From Squalus acanthias (lineage: Eukaryota), in contig CM059432.1 in assembly GCA_030390025.1 (NCBI GenBank), positions 115,880,001 through 115,944,000 of the forward strand: a stretch of DNA of 64,000 nt, read 5' to 3'. The notes beneath the pieces are model-generated. The model had not been told where the DNA came from, searched no databases, and was given only the letters and a program-made list of their open reading frames with translations. Position numbers and translations under genes: made by a program. This document shows, piece by piece, positions 1 to 13,206 of the stretch; the first letter of the stretch is position 1, and every line of letters starts with the position of its first letter.

Positions 1-700
1 CGAAGCAAAGGCGCTTGCCGCTGGCCCCGAAGAAAGCTGCCCACAGAGCAGATCTCGCGATCTCTGTGCCGAGAAGTTAGCCTTTCTCGATGCGTGAGTA
101 AGATCAGTGTAGAATAGTGGGGAATCCCTAACGCGAGCTGCTGTGACGCCAACGAACTGTCTAAGCAGCCAATCACAGTGCAGAATTCTCACAGACGGCA
201 AACCAGGAAGTGAAGAAGTTGCTTTTATACAGATTTTTAAAAAATGTTACAGAGAGCAAAACAAAGATTCTGACTCTCACATGGGGAAAAGGTAAACCTG
301 AAATAAATATGAACAAACTTTTAAAAAATAAAACTTTTTAAAGTTTCTTAAAAATTGTAATTTTCATAATTATGGAGAAATTTGACATGACACAAAATTA
401 AAATTAGTTTTTCAGGGCCATAATCTCTGTTTAGCCGTCAATATGCTGTATAAATCCCAACAAGGCCTAACTTTTAATGGGGTATTTAACAGCGATATAA
501 CGGTGGAAAAGCTCAAGTTTACGTCAGTTTTACTGATTGCGCTGATTACACCGATTGCCAGGGGGGTGGGGGCACAGCGCAGCCAATATCGGAGCAGTGA
601 ATGACTGACTGCAACGTCAGGATTTCCACGTTAGGATGCGCATGCGCTACATCCTGAAGTTGCGGTCAGTTTCAAAGGGGTAATAACAGCGAACACTGTT
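1..700. mobile_element. Harbinger-type MITE/terminal sequence (runs off the window start)
   Basis: Reverse complement aligns by eye with 9920-10000 and 10768-11360, the outer TIR element 9901-11383. Confidence 0.75.
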
Positions 701-709
701 CACTTACCT

Positions 710-1405
710 TTGGTACTGCAACATTTAGAAGAGTTAACTGGGGCTGTACTGGCACGGGGCCTCGCCCTCCAGCTTCACCGTCTGAGGCAGTGGAGGCAGA
801 GAGAAAGATTGGAAAACGTGGCCAGAGGGAGGAGGGTCAACAGGCCTCTCCACAGGAGACCTTACCCTTCCAGGGTATTCCGGGAGCAGTTCTCCTACAT
901 TCATCTGTCAGAGGTGCAGTGCCTTAGAAGGCTCCACTTCAGCAAGGAGGTGGTCACAGAGCTCTGCCACCTCCTGCAGCCAGACCTCCAGCCTCAGCTC
1001 AGGGTTAGCATGTCTCTGCCTGTGGCAGTGAAGGTCACAATCGCTCTCAATTTCTATGCCAGCAGCTCCTTCCAGGCTTCAACAGGGGATATTGCAAACT
1101 TCTCACAGTTCGCCATCCATTGCTGCATCCGGGAGGTCACAGATGCTCTGTACAGAAGGAGAAGGGAGCACATCTCATTCCCCATGACCCGAGACAAACA
1201 GCATGAATGCGCATGTGGCTTCGCTAGGATAGCGGGCTTCCCCATGGTTCAGGGCGCCATTGACTGCACCCACGTGGCATTGCGGGCACCTCATCACAAT
1301 GCAGAGGTGTTCCATAATAACCACAAAGACTACCACTCTCTGAACGTGCAGTTGGTGTGCGACCACAGACAGCGCATCCTCGCTGTCAATGCCCACTATC
1401 CTGGC
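710..1405 (+). pseudogene. PIF/Harbinger (HARBI1-like) transposase, N-terminal half, truncated by CR1
   Basis: RRPYPSRVFREQFSY...VKVTIALNFYA...GAIDCTH...SLNVQLVCD; closely similar to the 32863-34023 product. Confidence 0.9.
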
Positions 1406-1409
1406 ACAG

Positions 1410-2330
1410 ACACGATCCAAACTTTTACCAACCTTTGTGTGTAGAAGTGTTTCCTAATTTCACTCCTGAAAGGTCTGGCTCTAAATTTTAGACTATGCCC
1501 TCGAGTCCTAGAATCCCCAACCAGCGGAAATAGTTTCTCTCTATCTACCCTATCTGTTCCCCTTAATATCTTGAAAACTTCAATCAAATCACCCCTGAAC
1601 CTTCTACAGTCTAGGGAATACATCCCTAATTTGTGTAATCTCTCCTCGTAACTTAACCCTTGAAGTCCGGGTATCATTCTGGTAAACCTACGCTGCACTC
1701 CCTCCAAGGCCAATATATCCTTCCTAAGGTCCCAGAACTGCTCACAGTACTCCGGGTGTGGTCTAACCAGGGTTTTGTATAGCTGCAGCATAACTTCTAC
1801 CCCCTTGTATTCTAGTCCTCTATATATAAAGGCCAGCATTCCATTAGCCTTTTTGATTATTTTCTGTACCTGTTCATGACATTTTAATGATCTATGTACC
1901 TGGACCCCCAAGTCTCTTTGGACATCCACTGTTTTTAGCTTTTTACCAATTAGAAAATACCCTGTTCTCTCCTTTTTAGGTCCAAATTGGATGACCTCAT
2001 ATTTGCTTTCATTGAAATCCATTTGCCACTGTTTTGCCCATTCACTTAATCTGTCGATATCCCTTTGTAATTTTATGCTTTCATCTACACTACCTACAAT
2101 GCCACCTATCCTTGTGTCATCAGCAAATTTGGATATATGACTTTCTATGCCATCATCTAAGTCATTAATAAGTATTGTGAATGGTTGAGGCCCCCAACAC
2201 AGATCCCTGCGGGACACCACTAGTCACATCCTGCCAATTTGAGTACACACCCATTATCCCTACTCTCTGTCTCCTGCAGCTCAGCCAATTTCCTAACCAG
2301 GTCAATAATTTGCCCTCAATTCCATGGGCT
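1410..2330 (-). mobile_element. CR1 LINE RT fragment
   Basis: GPQPFTILINDLD, SKFADDT, YKTLVRPH, RTRGHSLK motifs. Confidence 0.9.
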
Positions 2331-3180
2331 TCTACCTTTGATAACTCTGGCTAGGCCCCATCTATCCCTCTCGATTGGCCCCTCCCTCCCTTCTGATTGC
2401 TTCTCTCTCTCGATCGCTTCCCCTCCTCTCCCAGGACCTACCTGAGGACCAGTGCCGGTGACGCAACAGCCTGGAATTGAAATTATCTTCTCAGTGAGCT
2501 CGTCTGTCTGATGTAAATGAGGGCCGAGGACCAATATCAGGTGTAACTCAGGCCTACCCATTCTGCCACAGGGATTGTGCCCTGCGCCAGTTTGCACGAA
2601 CCAATTTCAAGACCTTTGTTTCTACACAGTTCTTCTCTTCTTCTAGAAGTCCTCTTGTGGCCAGGGCTGATGATCATTGTTAAGGCAGAGTAGAGGGAGC
2701 TTTACTCTGTGCCTAACCAGTGCTACACCTGACCTGGAATTACCTGCAAATTGTTCAATTTCCCAATGCTGCTATCTTTCACTTTAACCCACACAAAAAT
2801 TCACCAATTTTATTTTTAAAAGCGAGCAGTTCTTCAGCACAGTCCCTGTGCACTATTTCATGCAGTGTGCAGAGTGCGCAGTTTTCTGAACAATAACTTA
2901 CTGATAGCATTGAGCAAAGTCCAATTCACAGGAGTAAAGGGCATTAAGGTCACAGTTACTAAAGGCAGAGGGAGAAAAACATCATAGCACTGGGTAATCA
3001 GGGACATCATTACAGGCTGAGATCGAGGGAAAATGGGAAAAAAAATGCAAGTCAAAGAGAAAAAGAGGGAGATGAGCACAAAAATTCACAGATCTTGGAG
3101 AGATTCCGCAACAGCAATATACTTTAGTACAAACTTAACTATAGTGTGCAGTAGGTCTGAGGATAGAGCACTGGCTAATG

Positions 3181-4259
3181 CAATGTGGTCCAATACGTCA
3201 ACCATATGTGGCTAATTGGGATTCCAGAATTGACTAATTGCATTTTATTTTAGTAAATAATAAATGAGTAAGACACACGGTTGTAGGGCATGTGATCTCA
3301 ATACTCATTTACATGGTGCATGCATGTGTACTATAACCTTTTTGTGTGTTTGTTGGTAAAACAAGATGAGAAACAAAATGTGCGAGTGTTTTATGTTCGA
3401 TGTGTGCGCTTTACTTCCTTGGTTACTGCTTATTGTTTATTTGCTAAAATGGTGTGCAACATGGGTGAAACACCAACAACATTGTATGGAGAGGTGAGCT
3501 GTCATCGTGGTCAGCTCGACCAGTCAGAATAAGCGCTCCAGGCCAGCAGAAGGAAACAAGCCCAACCAATAACAAGCAGCTCTACCAGGGCACGACATGG
3601 CAAAAGGCAAGCAGCATCCATCCACGTTCTGGGTGGAGAGCAGGGGCGGGTCTGGAGCGTCTCGTTGTGCGAGTCAACATACTCAGCAATCACGCTGCTG
3701 AAGCCAAAGTAACGCTCGCAACCGCTGGACAAACCCCTAGAAGCTGTGCTCTGTTTGATAAACTCCTGCCAGAGTTACAAACTTTGGTGAAAGAGAAAAG
3801 GTTAGAAATTGGACCTCGTTGCACCCATTTTAAGGGCGTAAATCAGTGTAACGAGGGACATTTTTGGGGAGCGAACTCCAGCGGTGCGAGGGTATGTAGG
3901 AGGCTACCCAGGCGCCTGTGGCGTTAGGCCCGTTACATATGTAAATAACCTGCTTCAAGGCGCCCGCACTAAATCAGTTGGCGATGACGGAACAGGCTTC
4001 GGGCTGTGTAAGTTTTTAAAAAAATGTTCCTGTGGAGCCAGGAGGAGGCCAGAAAACAGGCCATAACTAATTTCTACCCCAAAGCCTGCAAGGCTTTGCA
4101 CTGAATGGTGGTAGATGTTTGTTAAGTAAATATACAAATAAGTACGTCAAGCTATATGGTATGTAAGGCTGTTTCGACTAAAGTTAGTCCATGTGGCTAG
4201 AATGGTGTTGCCGTAGCCACGCGTGGCGGCGGGTAACCAATTTCGATTGGACAACACTG
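3181..4259. mobile_element. Non-autonomous hAT element (Charlie/Buster-like)
   Basis: TIRs CAATGTGGTCCAAT / ATTGGACAACACTG (2 mismatches); 8-bp flanks GGCTAATG / GGCTAGTG with central TA. Confidence 0.7.
3799..4080. mobile_element. Harbinger-type MITE nested in the hAT element
   Basis: Imperfect TIRs AGGTTAGAAATTGG / CTAATTTCTACCCC; AAA on both flanks. Confidence 0.6.
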
Positions 4260-4659
4260 GGCTAGTGTACAATATTTGGGTGGTGCATCAACAGCTGCAG
4301 TGCTATGAGTTGTAATCCCTACGGTGAAATTAGCTAGCCAAGGAAGCATTAATTAATCTGTCTAAACTGACATTCTCTCATACTAATTACTGATGATAAA
4401 ACGACCGTGTGTTTTTCTCATGTTCCGCTGCCGTTCATCCATAACCAATGACATCATTCAGCTGACCTTGTAACTCATGTAAGATCGCCGGTGTCTTTTC
4501 TTTTGAAAGGATGTTGATGCTGAAATAAGGAATGAAGGCACAAGGGGGGAATCAAAACAATCACTCCTAAGTACCAAAAGTAGGTGGATCTCCACTGTCC
4601 TTATGGACTACAATTCAGTCGCATTAAGTACATTGTAGAACTCCTTAAACTCAGACAAT

Positions 4660-7145
4660 GGAGTGAATTTTAACCAAAAAAAAAGGTGAGTTGGGGGGCG
4701 TGGGGTTAGTTAGTTAAAAATCTGAATCCCGACTTGAACCCGCCTCCAACCCGCCCACTTCCGGTTTTAAAGGATGCGGATGGGAGGCGGGACGGGGCGG
4801 GCAGCCAACCTGCTGTCAGGAGGCGGGCTGTCTATTTAAATATTATAATGAGGCTCTTCTTTAACCCCCATTTTGTCTTTAACTTTAGCTGGTCGGGTTT
4901 TGCAGATCTCGTGAAACCTGCCAGCTAACGCAAGGCGAGGACTGCTGGATCCAGGAGGTAAGAGCATTTTACTTACCTCCTGGATCCAGGGTCGCTGCCT
5001 AGAAACATAGAAACATAGAAGATAGGAGCAGGAGTAGGCCATTCAGCCCCTCGAGCCTGCTCCGCCATTCGATGAGATCATGGCTGATCGTCCAAACTCA
5101 GTACCCTGTCCCTGCCTTCTCCCCATATCCCTTGATACCTTTAACCTTAAGAAATATATCTAACTCCTTCTTGAATATATTTACTGACTTGGCCTCAACT
5201 GCCTTCTGTGGTAGAGAATTCCACAGGTTCACCACTCTCTGGGTGAAGAAATTCCTCCTCATCTCTGTCCTAAATGGCTTACCCCTTATCTTTAGACTGT
5301 GACCTCTTGTTCTGGACTCACCCGCCATCGGGAACATCTTTCCTGCATCCAGTCTGCCTAGCCCTGTTAGAATTTTATAAGTTTCAATGAGATCTCCTCT
5401 CATTCTTCTAAACTCCAGCGAGTATAAGCCCAATTGACCCAATCTCTCATCGTACGTCATTCCTGCCATCCCAGGTATCAGTCTGGTGAATCTTCGCTGC
5501 ACACCCTCCATGGCAAGAACATCCTTCCTCAGATAAGGCGACCAAAACGGCACACAATACTCAAGGTGTGGTCTCACCAAGGCCCTGTACAGCTGCAGCA
5601 AGACATCCTTGTTCCTGTACTCAAACCCTCTCGCTACGAAGCCCAACATACCATTTGCCTTCTTAATCGCCTGCTGTACCTGCATGCTTACCTTCAGCGA
5701 CTGGTGCACAAGGACACCCAGGTCTCGTTGCACTTCCCCTTCTCCCAATCTATTGCCATTCAGATAATAATCTGCCTTTCTGTTTTTGCCACCAAAGTGG
5801 ATAACTTTGCATTCATCCACATTATACTGCATCTGCCATGCTTCTGCCCAATCACCCAACCTGTCCAAATCATACTGGAGTTTCTCGGCATCCTCCTCGC
5901 AGCACACACGCCCACCCAGCTTTGTGTCATCTGCAAACTTGGAGATATTACATCTAGTTCCCTCGTCTAGATCATTAATATATATAGTGAATAGCTGGGG
6001 TCCTAGGACCGATCCCTGCGGAACCCCACTAGTCACTGCCTGCCACTCGGAAAAAGACCCATTTATTCCAACTCTTTGCTTCCTGTCTGCCAACCAGTTC
6101 TCTATCCAAGTCAGTACCTTGCCCCCAATCCCATGTGCCTTAACTTTACACGCTAACCTCTTATGCGGGACCTTATCGAAAGCCTTCTGAAAGTCCAAAT
6201 ACACCACATCCACTGATTCTCCCTTATCTATTCTATCAGTTACATCCTCAAAAAATTCCAGTAGATTAGTCAGGCCCGATTTGCCTTTTGTAAATCCATG
6301 TTGACTTTGTCCAATCCTGTCACTGTTTTCCAAGTGCTCTGCTATTACATCTTTTATAATGGACTCTAGCATTTTCCCCACAACTGATGTCAGGCTTACC
6401 GGTCTATAATTCCTCGTTTTTTCTTTATCACCTTTTTTGAACAGTGAGGTAACATTAGCTACCCTCCAATCCATGGGAACTGTTCCAGAGTCTATAGAAT
6501 TTTGGAAGATGACCAGCAATGCATCTACTATTTCTAGGGCCACTCCCTTAAGTACCCTAGGATGTAGATTATCAGGCCCTGGGGATTTATCGGCCTAACC
6601 CACCCCAGCCATCGGAGACCCCTCCACGAGGTCTCCGATCCCCACCACGAGGCCTCCCTCTTCCAGGTCTCCCATTCCCCCAGGCCTCCAATTCCTCCCC
6701 CGTACTGTTCCACCCCGGCTCCTCCGGAACCGGCCCCCCAACCCCGGTGCTGCTCCTGGCCCCCGATCCTCCTCGCACCCCCCTGATCCTTAGCGACCCT
6801 CCCCCGAACTGGTCCCGGCACAGCCCGTGCTCCTCTGGCCGCTTCCCTGGTCTGCGATTCTCATCCGACGCCCCCCGCGCCCCTTGCTTTTCCGGCTGCC
6901 CCCCCGGCCCTCACTTGATCCCTCCCTCCCTCCTCTGCGAGGCCTAGTGCCGCAGGCCTACGCGCCTGCAGCCAGCCTGCCTCTCAATCTGGCTGGCTGC
7001 AGGTGGGAAACCGAGGCTTCCCATTCAAATCAAACCGTTAAATTTGGCAGGGCCTGTGAGAAACCTGTTCTCCTGGGATTCTCGATTGCCGAGGAGCCCC
7101 CCACCCCCACCGACCCCAACCCGCTTCCCGATTAAAATTCAGCCC
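4660..7145. mobile_element. Harbinger-type MITE split by a CR1 insertion
   Basis: TIRs GGAGTGAATTTTAA / TTAAAATTCAGCCC; AAT TSD; same left end as 58489. Confidence 0.7.
5002..6592 (-). mobile_element. Young 5'-truncated CR1 LINE (open RT frame 5098-6543)
   Basis: 481-aa open RT with [25 protein letters not shown]; (TTTCTATG)n tail; GCCTA on both flanks. Confidence 0.95.
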
Positions 7146-8454
7146 AATGTTTTCAATCAGAGGCAGTTGATGGTTGTCACATGCAACAGCCTTATTAAAT
7201 TCAAGGAGATTCACGCCAATGAATACTGATTGCTTTCATTACAAAGTCCTTTTGGATGCATTACCTCTCTCAATGCTGCATTGTTTTGCAGAACCTGAGC
7301 TCCCTGGAATCTACATTTAAGGCAAGCATCGAAGCTTCTGTTGCTCTGTTTATGTCCCTGCGCATCTAAAATTAATAAACAAGCCATCTAGCATAACTAA
7401 ACTCAACTTTGTCAAGTTCTCTTGCTTGTTTTGGTCTGATTGCACCACAATAGACTAGAGTCTGGCACCAGTAGGTGGTATAGACCCAATTAATTGTCTC
7501 GAGAAATTTGTAATTGAAGAGCAGACACAACATTCAGCCCTCAAATGGGTGACTGAAATTAGTGGGCAGACGTTCTCACATCCTTTGTGCAGTCTGTCAA
7601 ATGAAGAAGGCAGCATTGCTTTATTCTCCTAAGGCAAGTCTAAAACACACTCATTTTCCCTTTAGCCTCATGGAGAAACAGCTCACAAAACTTCCCAAAC
7701 AACACAGATGAAGTGGGAAGTTACTTTGTGCCATTGTGCAATCCTGCTACTCCTTGTTGCAGTGGATCGGTACACCAATATTTGTGTTCAGCGAGTTAAA
7801 GAGATACATTCCAGCATAAAGATCATCATCATTTACAGCGATGGTAATACTCATATTAAAAATGATATCCGTGTAAGTGCTGGGATGCACGTGCCGGGAA
7901 TCTCCTCTGATGACCCCGGCGGAATTTCTAGGGTTGGGTAAGGGCACACCTTGGGCTCCCAATGCATTCTGTGGTGCTGGTTGCCTGGTCCAGGATTACT
8001 GGGCGCACCCCTGGAAAGATTTTCTTGCTTTGGCCTCTTTTGTAAGGAGACCACATTAAAAAATTTTTTAAATCTCCATTAAAATCATGTTGGAAGCCGC
8101 AGGTGGGGCCCATAACCGCCATTCGGTGGCCCCGGAACACCTGGTTTCACTACCACTGATTTGTCGGTCCTCGGAGGGAGCAGAGACACAGAAACTCCCA
8201 GCACTGGGAGCTCCTGGTCCCAGACCCACCCCCCTCCCACACCACTGACCTTATTTCAGCCGTCTGTACCACAAGGCCGCACAAGGCCACAAAGTACCTG
8301 GGTCCTAGTCTAATTTCTGGCTCTTGTGGTGCACTCTGGCCAGAGATATGGTGGGAGTGCGCGGGAAGGGTTGCAGATATTCGGCCCCATCAAATTTTCA
8401 GTAAGTATCAGCACAGAAACACGCTTCTTTTCTATTCAGTATTTATCCCCAAAA

Positions 8455-8901
8455 AAGAAGGGCTTGTATTCATATAGCACCTTTCGTTGCCTCAGGACAT
8501 CCCAAAGCATTTTACAGCCAGTTAAGTACTTTTGAAATGTAACCACTGTTGTAATGTAGGAAACGTGGCAACCAATTTGTGCACAGCAAGCTCCCACAAA
8601 TACCAATGAAATAAATGACCAGGTAATCTGTTGTTGATTGAGGGATAAATACTGGCCAGGACACCGGGGAGAACTCCCCTGCTCTTCTTTGAAATAGTGC
8701 GATGGGATCTTTTCCAGCCACATAAGACGGCCTCGGTTTAATGCCTTATCCAAAGGACGGCACCTCCGACAGTGCAGCACTCCCTCAGTACCGCACTGGA
8801 GTTTCAGCCTAGATTTTTGTGCTGATGTCTCTGGAGTGAGACTTGAACCCACAACCTTCTGACTCAGAGGCGAGAGTGCTACGCACTGAGCCACGGCTGA
8901 C
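8455..8901 (-). mobile_element. tRNA-derived Deu-domain SINE (SacSINE1/AmnSINE1-like)
   Basis: tRNA A/B-box-like head, core ...CAGTGCGGTACTGAGGGAGTGCTGCACTGTCGGAGGTGCCGTC..., L2-like tail; copies at 15404 and 54925. Confidence 0.8.
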
Positions 8902-8929
8902 AATTCCACCAGACCAGCAAATGACAGTT

Positions 8930-9060
8930 GGTTTTTCTTCATTCTTGTGATTATGGGCATCATTGACAAGGCCAGCATTTATTACCCCTCCTCCTTAGTT
9001 GTTCTTGAAAAGGTAGTGGTGGGCCTTCTTCTTGAACCGCTGCAGTCCTTGTGGTTCTGG
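8930..9060 (-). mobile_element. 3' end of the LINE family found at 16117-19187
   Basis: Matches 16125-16250 (GGCCAGCATTTATT...CTTGAACC.CTGCAGTCC). Confidence 0.7.
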
Positions 9061-9900
9061 TTGTGATCCCCACCTACAAGTCCAGGCCTGATTTTCAGGG
9101 GAGAATTTTTAATTTATTTGTTATTTTAAAGAAGTCTCCTTACAAAGGTAGCTGGCGGGGCAAGGAAGTCTGTACAGGGGAGGAACTGGTGCCCCCTGGA
9201 CCCACCAACCAGCACCATAGGTTGCTACCTTCTGACACATCATGTGAACCAAATTACATTTTAACATGTCTTCAACATCCATGTGTTACTGGATTATCCA
9301 TCTTATACTTAAGGCTATGACAACCTCACCAATGTGATGACAGATATTGACGTTTCCAGGATATCTGAATATTGATGCCTTAGTGCCAGGTAAATCCCTA
9401 GCTTATTGGGGTAAAGTAAATATTCATTTCAGATTGATTTTGTGACAATATACAAATTGTTAAATAACCTAGAAAATGACACTGAAAGTCTTGCTTAGCA
9501 TGCATGATGGGGTTTGGGGCGGCTCATTGACTCTGCCTAAGAGAAAAAAGCTGCAGTTCAGTTATAAATGAGTTTTCTGCCAAGGAAAGATTTTTCACTG
9601 TTCTGTTGCAATGGCATTTTAGAGCCACTCGTTGGAATTCCTGTTTATAACAGATACTATTAATCTGCCAAACGGTAGGAGGTAGTCCATACTTTTAACC
9701 GGTTAAATTGATTATATTATTGTCAAATGAACTTTGCAAGGTCAGTGAGCCATGTAATACAACAAGTATTAAACAGACCAAAAAACATGTTTTAACTTTT
9801 GACGTCTCTTTCTAATCTGATTGGTTGTCTGTACCATTTCTGACATGAAGTGTGTTTGCTGCGATTCATGAAAATTATTATAGGAACGGAAGCAGGCTTT

Positions 9901-11383
9901 GGCCCGGAATTTGCGATGAACCAACAGTGATTGCCGTTATCACCCCTCTGAAACTGACCGCACCTTCAGGGTGTAGCGCACTCGTATCTAAACGTGGAAA
10001 GTGGGCCAGAAATTCGGTTTTTCCGGCTTCCTGCGGGTGCAAGCATCGCGCGCGTACTTACCTACCGCGCCTGCCATTGTGTTTTGGGCCCACAAGAACT
10101 TCGGGTCCTGGGCCTCCTGCAGCTGCCGGAGCGCAGTGCTTGCGTGTCCCAGGGGCGCAGTTAGTTCGAAGCGTTCCCTGGGATCACGTGGGCCATGGAG
10201 AGCCAATCCTAGCAGGCCATTTTCATTCATAGATTTGACAGGCAGACCTGTCAAATCTATGAATTGAAATCGGCCCCAAAACAACACCTAAACTTCAAAT
10301 AAATTTTAAAAAATACATCACATTTTTAAAATAACTATAAGTTAAATAAATTAACTACTTTAAACAAAAATTTAAATTTTTGAAAAAATTAAAATACTTT
10401 TTAACGGTGCTAAAAATAAACTTACCTTTCTTTAAAGTATCTAAAAAAGACAAACCTGTTGAAATTTTTTTTAAATTGTAATTAATTAACCACTTACCTT
10501 GTTAAAAACGGGTCTTGCGCCTCCTTTTTAAAAGCGCAGCTTCTTCCATACTTACCCTCCCGGAGAAACCTGAAAAAAAACCAAAGTTCGCTGCGTGCGC
10601 GCAGCCTCTCCCGCGCACGCGGTTCACCTCTGAACCCCTCCCTCCACGAGACCGGAAGTTTCGGTTTCCCGCGCATGCGCAGTGCATGCAGGAAACCAGC
10701 ACTTCAAGTGGCCTTACGGGTGAGTACACAGCGCTTACTCACCCGACAAGCGCCGAATTTCTGGGCCACTGAAGTTGCGGTCAGTCGTTCACTGCTCCGA
10801 CACTGGCTGCGCTGTGAACCCCTGCACCTCATAGGCGGCAATCAGTGTACTCATGAAACTGATGAAAACTTGGGCTTTTCGAGGTAATATCGCTGCTAAA
10901 TACCCCATTAAATGTTAAGCCTTGTTGGATAGGCATAACTGGGGTTTTAACAGTGTATTGACTGCTAAACAAATGTTATGACCCTGAAAAACAAATTTTT
11001 ATATTTGTGGAGTGTCAAATTAAAAATTACAATTTAAAAAAAAAATTGTTCATGATTATTTCAGGTTCTACCTTATCCCCATTGAGAGTCCCAATCTTTA
11101 CTTCACTCTCTGTAACATTTTTTAAAAGCCTGGATAAAAGCAGCTCCTTGCTTCCTGGTTTTCTGTCTGTGAGAATTCTGCTATGTGATTGGTTGCTTAG
11201 ACAGCTTGTTGACGTCACAGCAGATAGTACTAGGGAATTCCCATTACAGAGCGCTCAAATCACTTGAACATCGAAAAAGGCAAACTTCTCGCCATAGAAA
11301 TCGCGAGATCTGCTCTGTGGGCAGCTTTCTTCGGGGCCAGCGGTGAGCGCCTTTGCTTCGCCGCTGACCGCAAATTCCGGGCC
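9901..11383. mobile_element. Harbinger-type MITE (outer)
   Basis: Perfect 15-bp TIR GGCCCGGAATTTGCG / CGCAAATTCCGGGCC; homologous to 1-700. Confidence 0.85.
10003..10767. mobile_element. Second MITE nested in the 9901-11383 MITE
   Basis: TIR GGGCCAGAAATTCGG / CCGAATTTCTGGGCC; flanks rejoin to match 600-640; shares internal sequence with 22011-22765. Confidence 0.8.
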
Positions 11384-12301
11384 ATTGTGTCTGGGAGAAT
11401 CCAACTTTCAGTTTCACAAAACTGTACTTCTCTTCTTCAACTCAAATTCCTAATTCAGATTTTCTTATTTGGTGCAATCAGGTTATCAGAAAGCGAGCTT
11501 TAGGTATTGTTTGTCACAGTACCTGCCTTGTTACCTGAAATCAGCAGAGCTGGAATCCGAAGCTCTTATTGACATGAATTAATCAAACTCTGAAGAAAAG
11601 AATCTAATCCATTGGATTTCCGAATTAGATTTCTATTCAGAAACAGCTGATAATAATTAACATCAGTAAAAGAGTTGGTGTGATACTAAATAGCTAAATT
11701 CTTACAATAATCAGTTTTCAACTTTTGTCAATCACCATTGCTCAGTCCCAACAATTCACAATAATTATTTTGAGTCCCTGCTGGTGGCACGGGGCCTTGC
11801 AAAATTGAATGCCCTTATACCAAAGTTTGTTTCTTGAAATCTTAATTATATTAATTATATTAATTTCCTATGTTTAAAAAAAGTTAATACATCAGTTTAG
11901 GTTACCTGTAGTTGGCTTCTTGATTTGAATTGAAACGTTCCCACGTTAGAGAGGTTAAACTACCTGGAATGCCAATATTCTTCAGATTCGGACACCGACA
12001 GAAGCTCGAAGATGGTATTGGAAACTGAGGGGCACCAAGAAAGCTTGGAAATATCTGTTTTCATTTTAAGAGCATAAGTAATGAACACAGAAAAGTCAAA
12101 GTTGAGAAAAGGCCATTTCACCTTTCGAAGTCCATTCTTCTAGTACATTAATTCTCCTGTCTTAGTATCAAAATTTGGCCTAGAAATTGGGGCGTTTAGT
12201 ACCCACTTTTTAGGTGCTATGCAGTCTACTAAGGCCCCAAAATGGTGGGCAGCAAGCACGTGCATTCTTCCACCCAGAAGTGCGCCACCCGCCATATTGG
12301 G

Positions 12302-12740
12302 CAACAACAACAACTTCTATTTATATAGCGCCTTTAATGTAGTAAAACGTCCCAAGGCGCTTCACAGGAGTACTATAAGACAAAAAAATTGACACCGAGC
12401 CACATAAGGAGAAATTAGGGCAGGTAACCAAAAGCTTGGTAAAAGAGGTAGGTTTTAAGGAGCGTCTTAAAGGAGGAAAGAGAGGTGGAGAGGTGGAAAG
12501 GTTTAGGCAGGGAATTCCAGAGCTTCTCTCGCTCTTAGGCAGCTTAGGGCCGAGGCAACAGAAGGCACGGCCAACAATGGTTGAACGATTATAATCAGGG
12601 ATGCTCAAGAGGGCAGAATTTTAGGATTGCAGATATCTCGGGGGGGTTGTGGGGCTAAAGGAAATTACAGCGATAGGGAGGGGCGAGGCCATGGAGGGAT
12701 TTGAAAACAAGGATGAGAATTTTGAAATCGAGGCGCTGCT
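12302..12740 (-). mobile_element. L2 LINE 3' end
   Basis: AAGGCGCTATATAAAT...(GTT)n tail; GRAFCCLGPKL coding remnant. Confidence 0.8.
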
Positions 12741-13206
12741 TCAGGACAAACAAGAGGCATCCTTTACCCATGCCTGAAGCAGGCATTGCACATTTAAGTA
12801 AGGAGCCTAAAACCTGCTTGAGGTCCCCACTCCAATAGTGGTTTGCCCCGAGACAGTCTGCGCCATCACTGGCTGCAGTTAGGGAAACCAGCCCTACTGA
12901 ACATTACTGAACGTCTGCAACAAAGAAGGTAAGTAACTTACCTGAATGTGGATCAGGAGGAGCAAGAGATGCTCCTCCCAACCCCACATTAAAGGACCCT
13001 GCAGATTGCCACTGCTCCAGGCTCCGCTCTTGGCCCAGACCCCCCAATCTCCCAACCCCCAAACAGTTTCTCTCCCATCCTCCCTCGCCTTCTCCAAGCT
13101 CATGAGACCAACCTCCTGCTCCTTTGATCCTCTTTCAACTCAACTTCTGACTACTTAACTACCCCTCCTCTTCCTGCACTTGCTTCCTTTGCTCTGGCAC
13201 TATCCC

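Noticed and set aside
3560..3655. CCAAT plus GC box as a host promoter
   Set aside because: Falls inside the hAT element 3181-4259
8840..8901. tRNA genes (also 15404, 29624, 55310)
   Set aside because: These are SINE heads continuous with SINE bodies; no full cloverleaf seen
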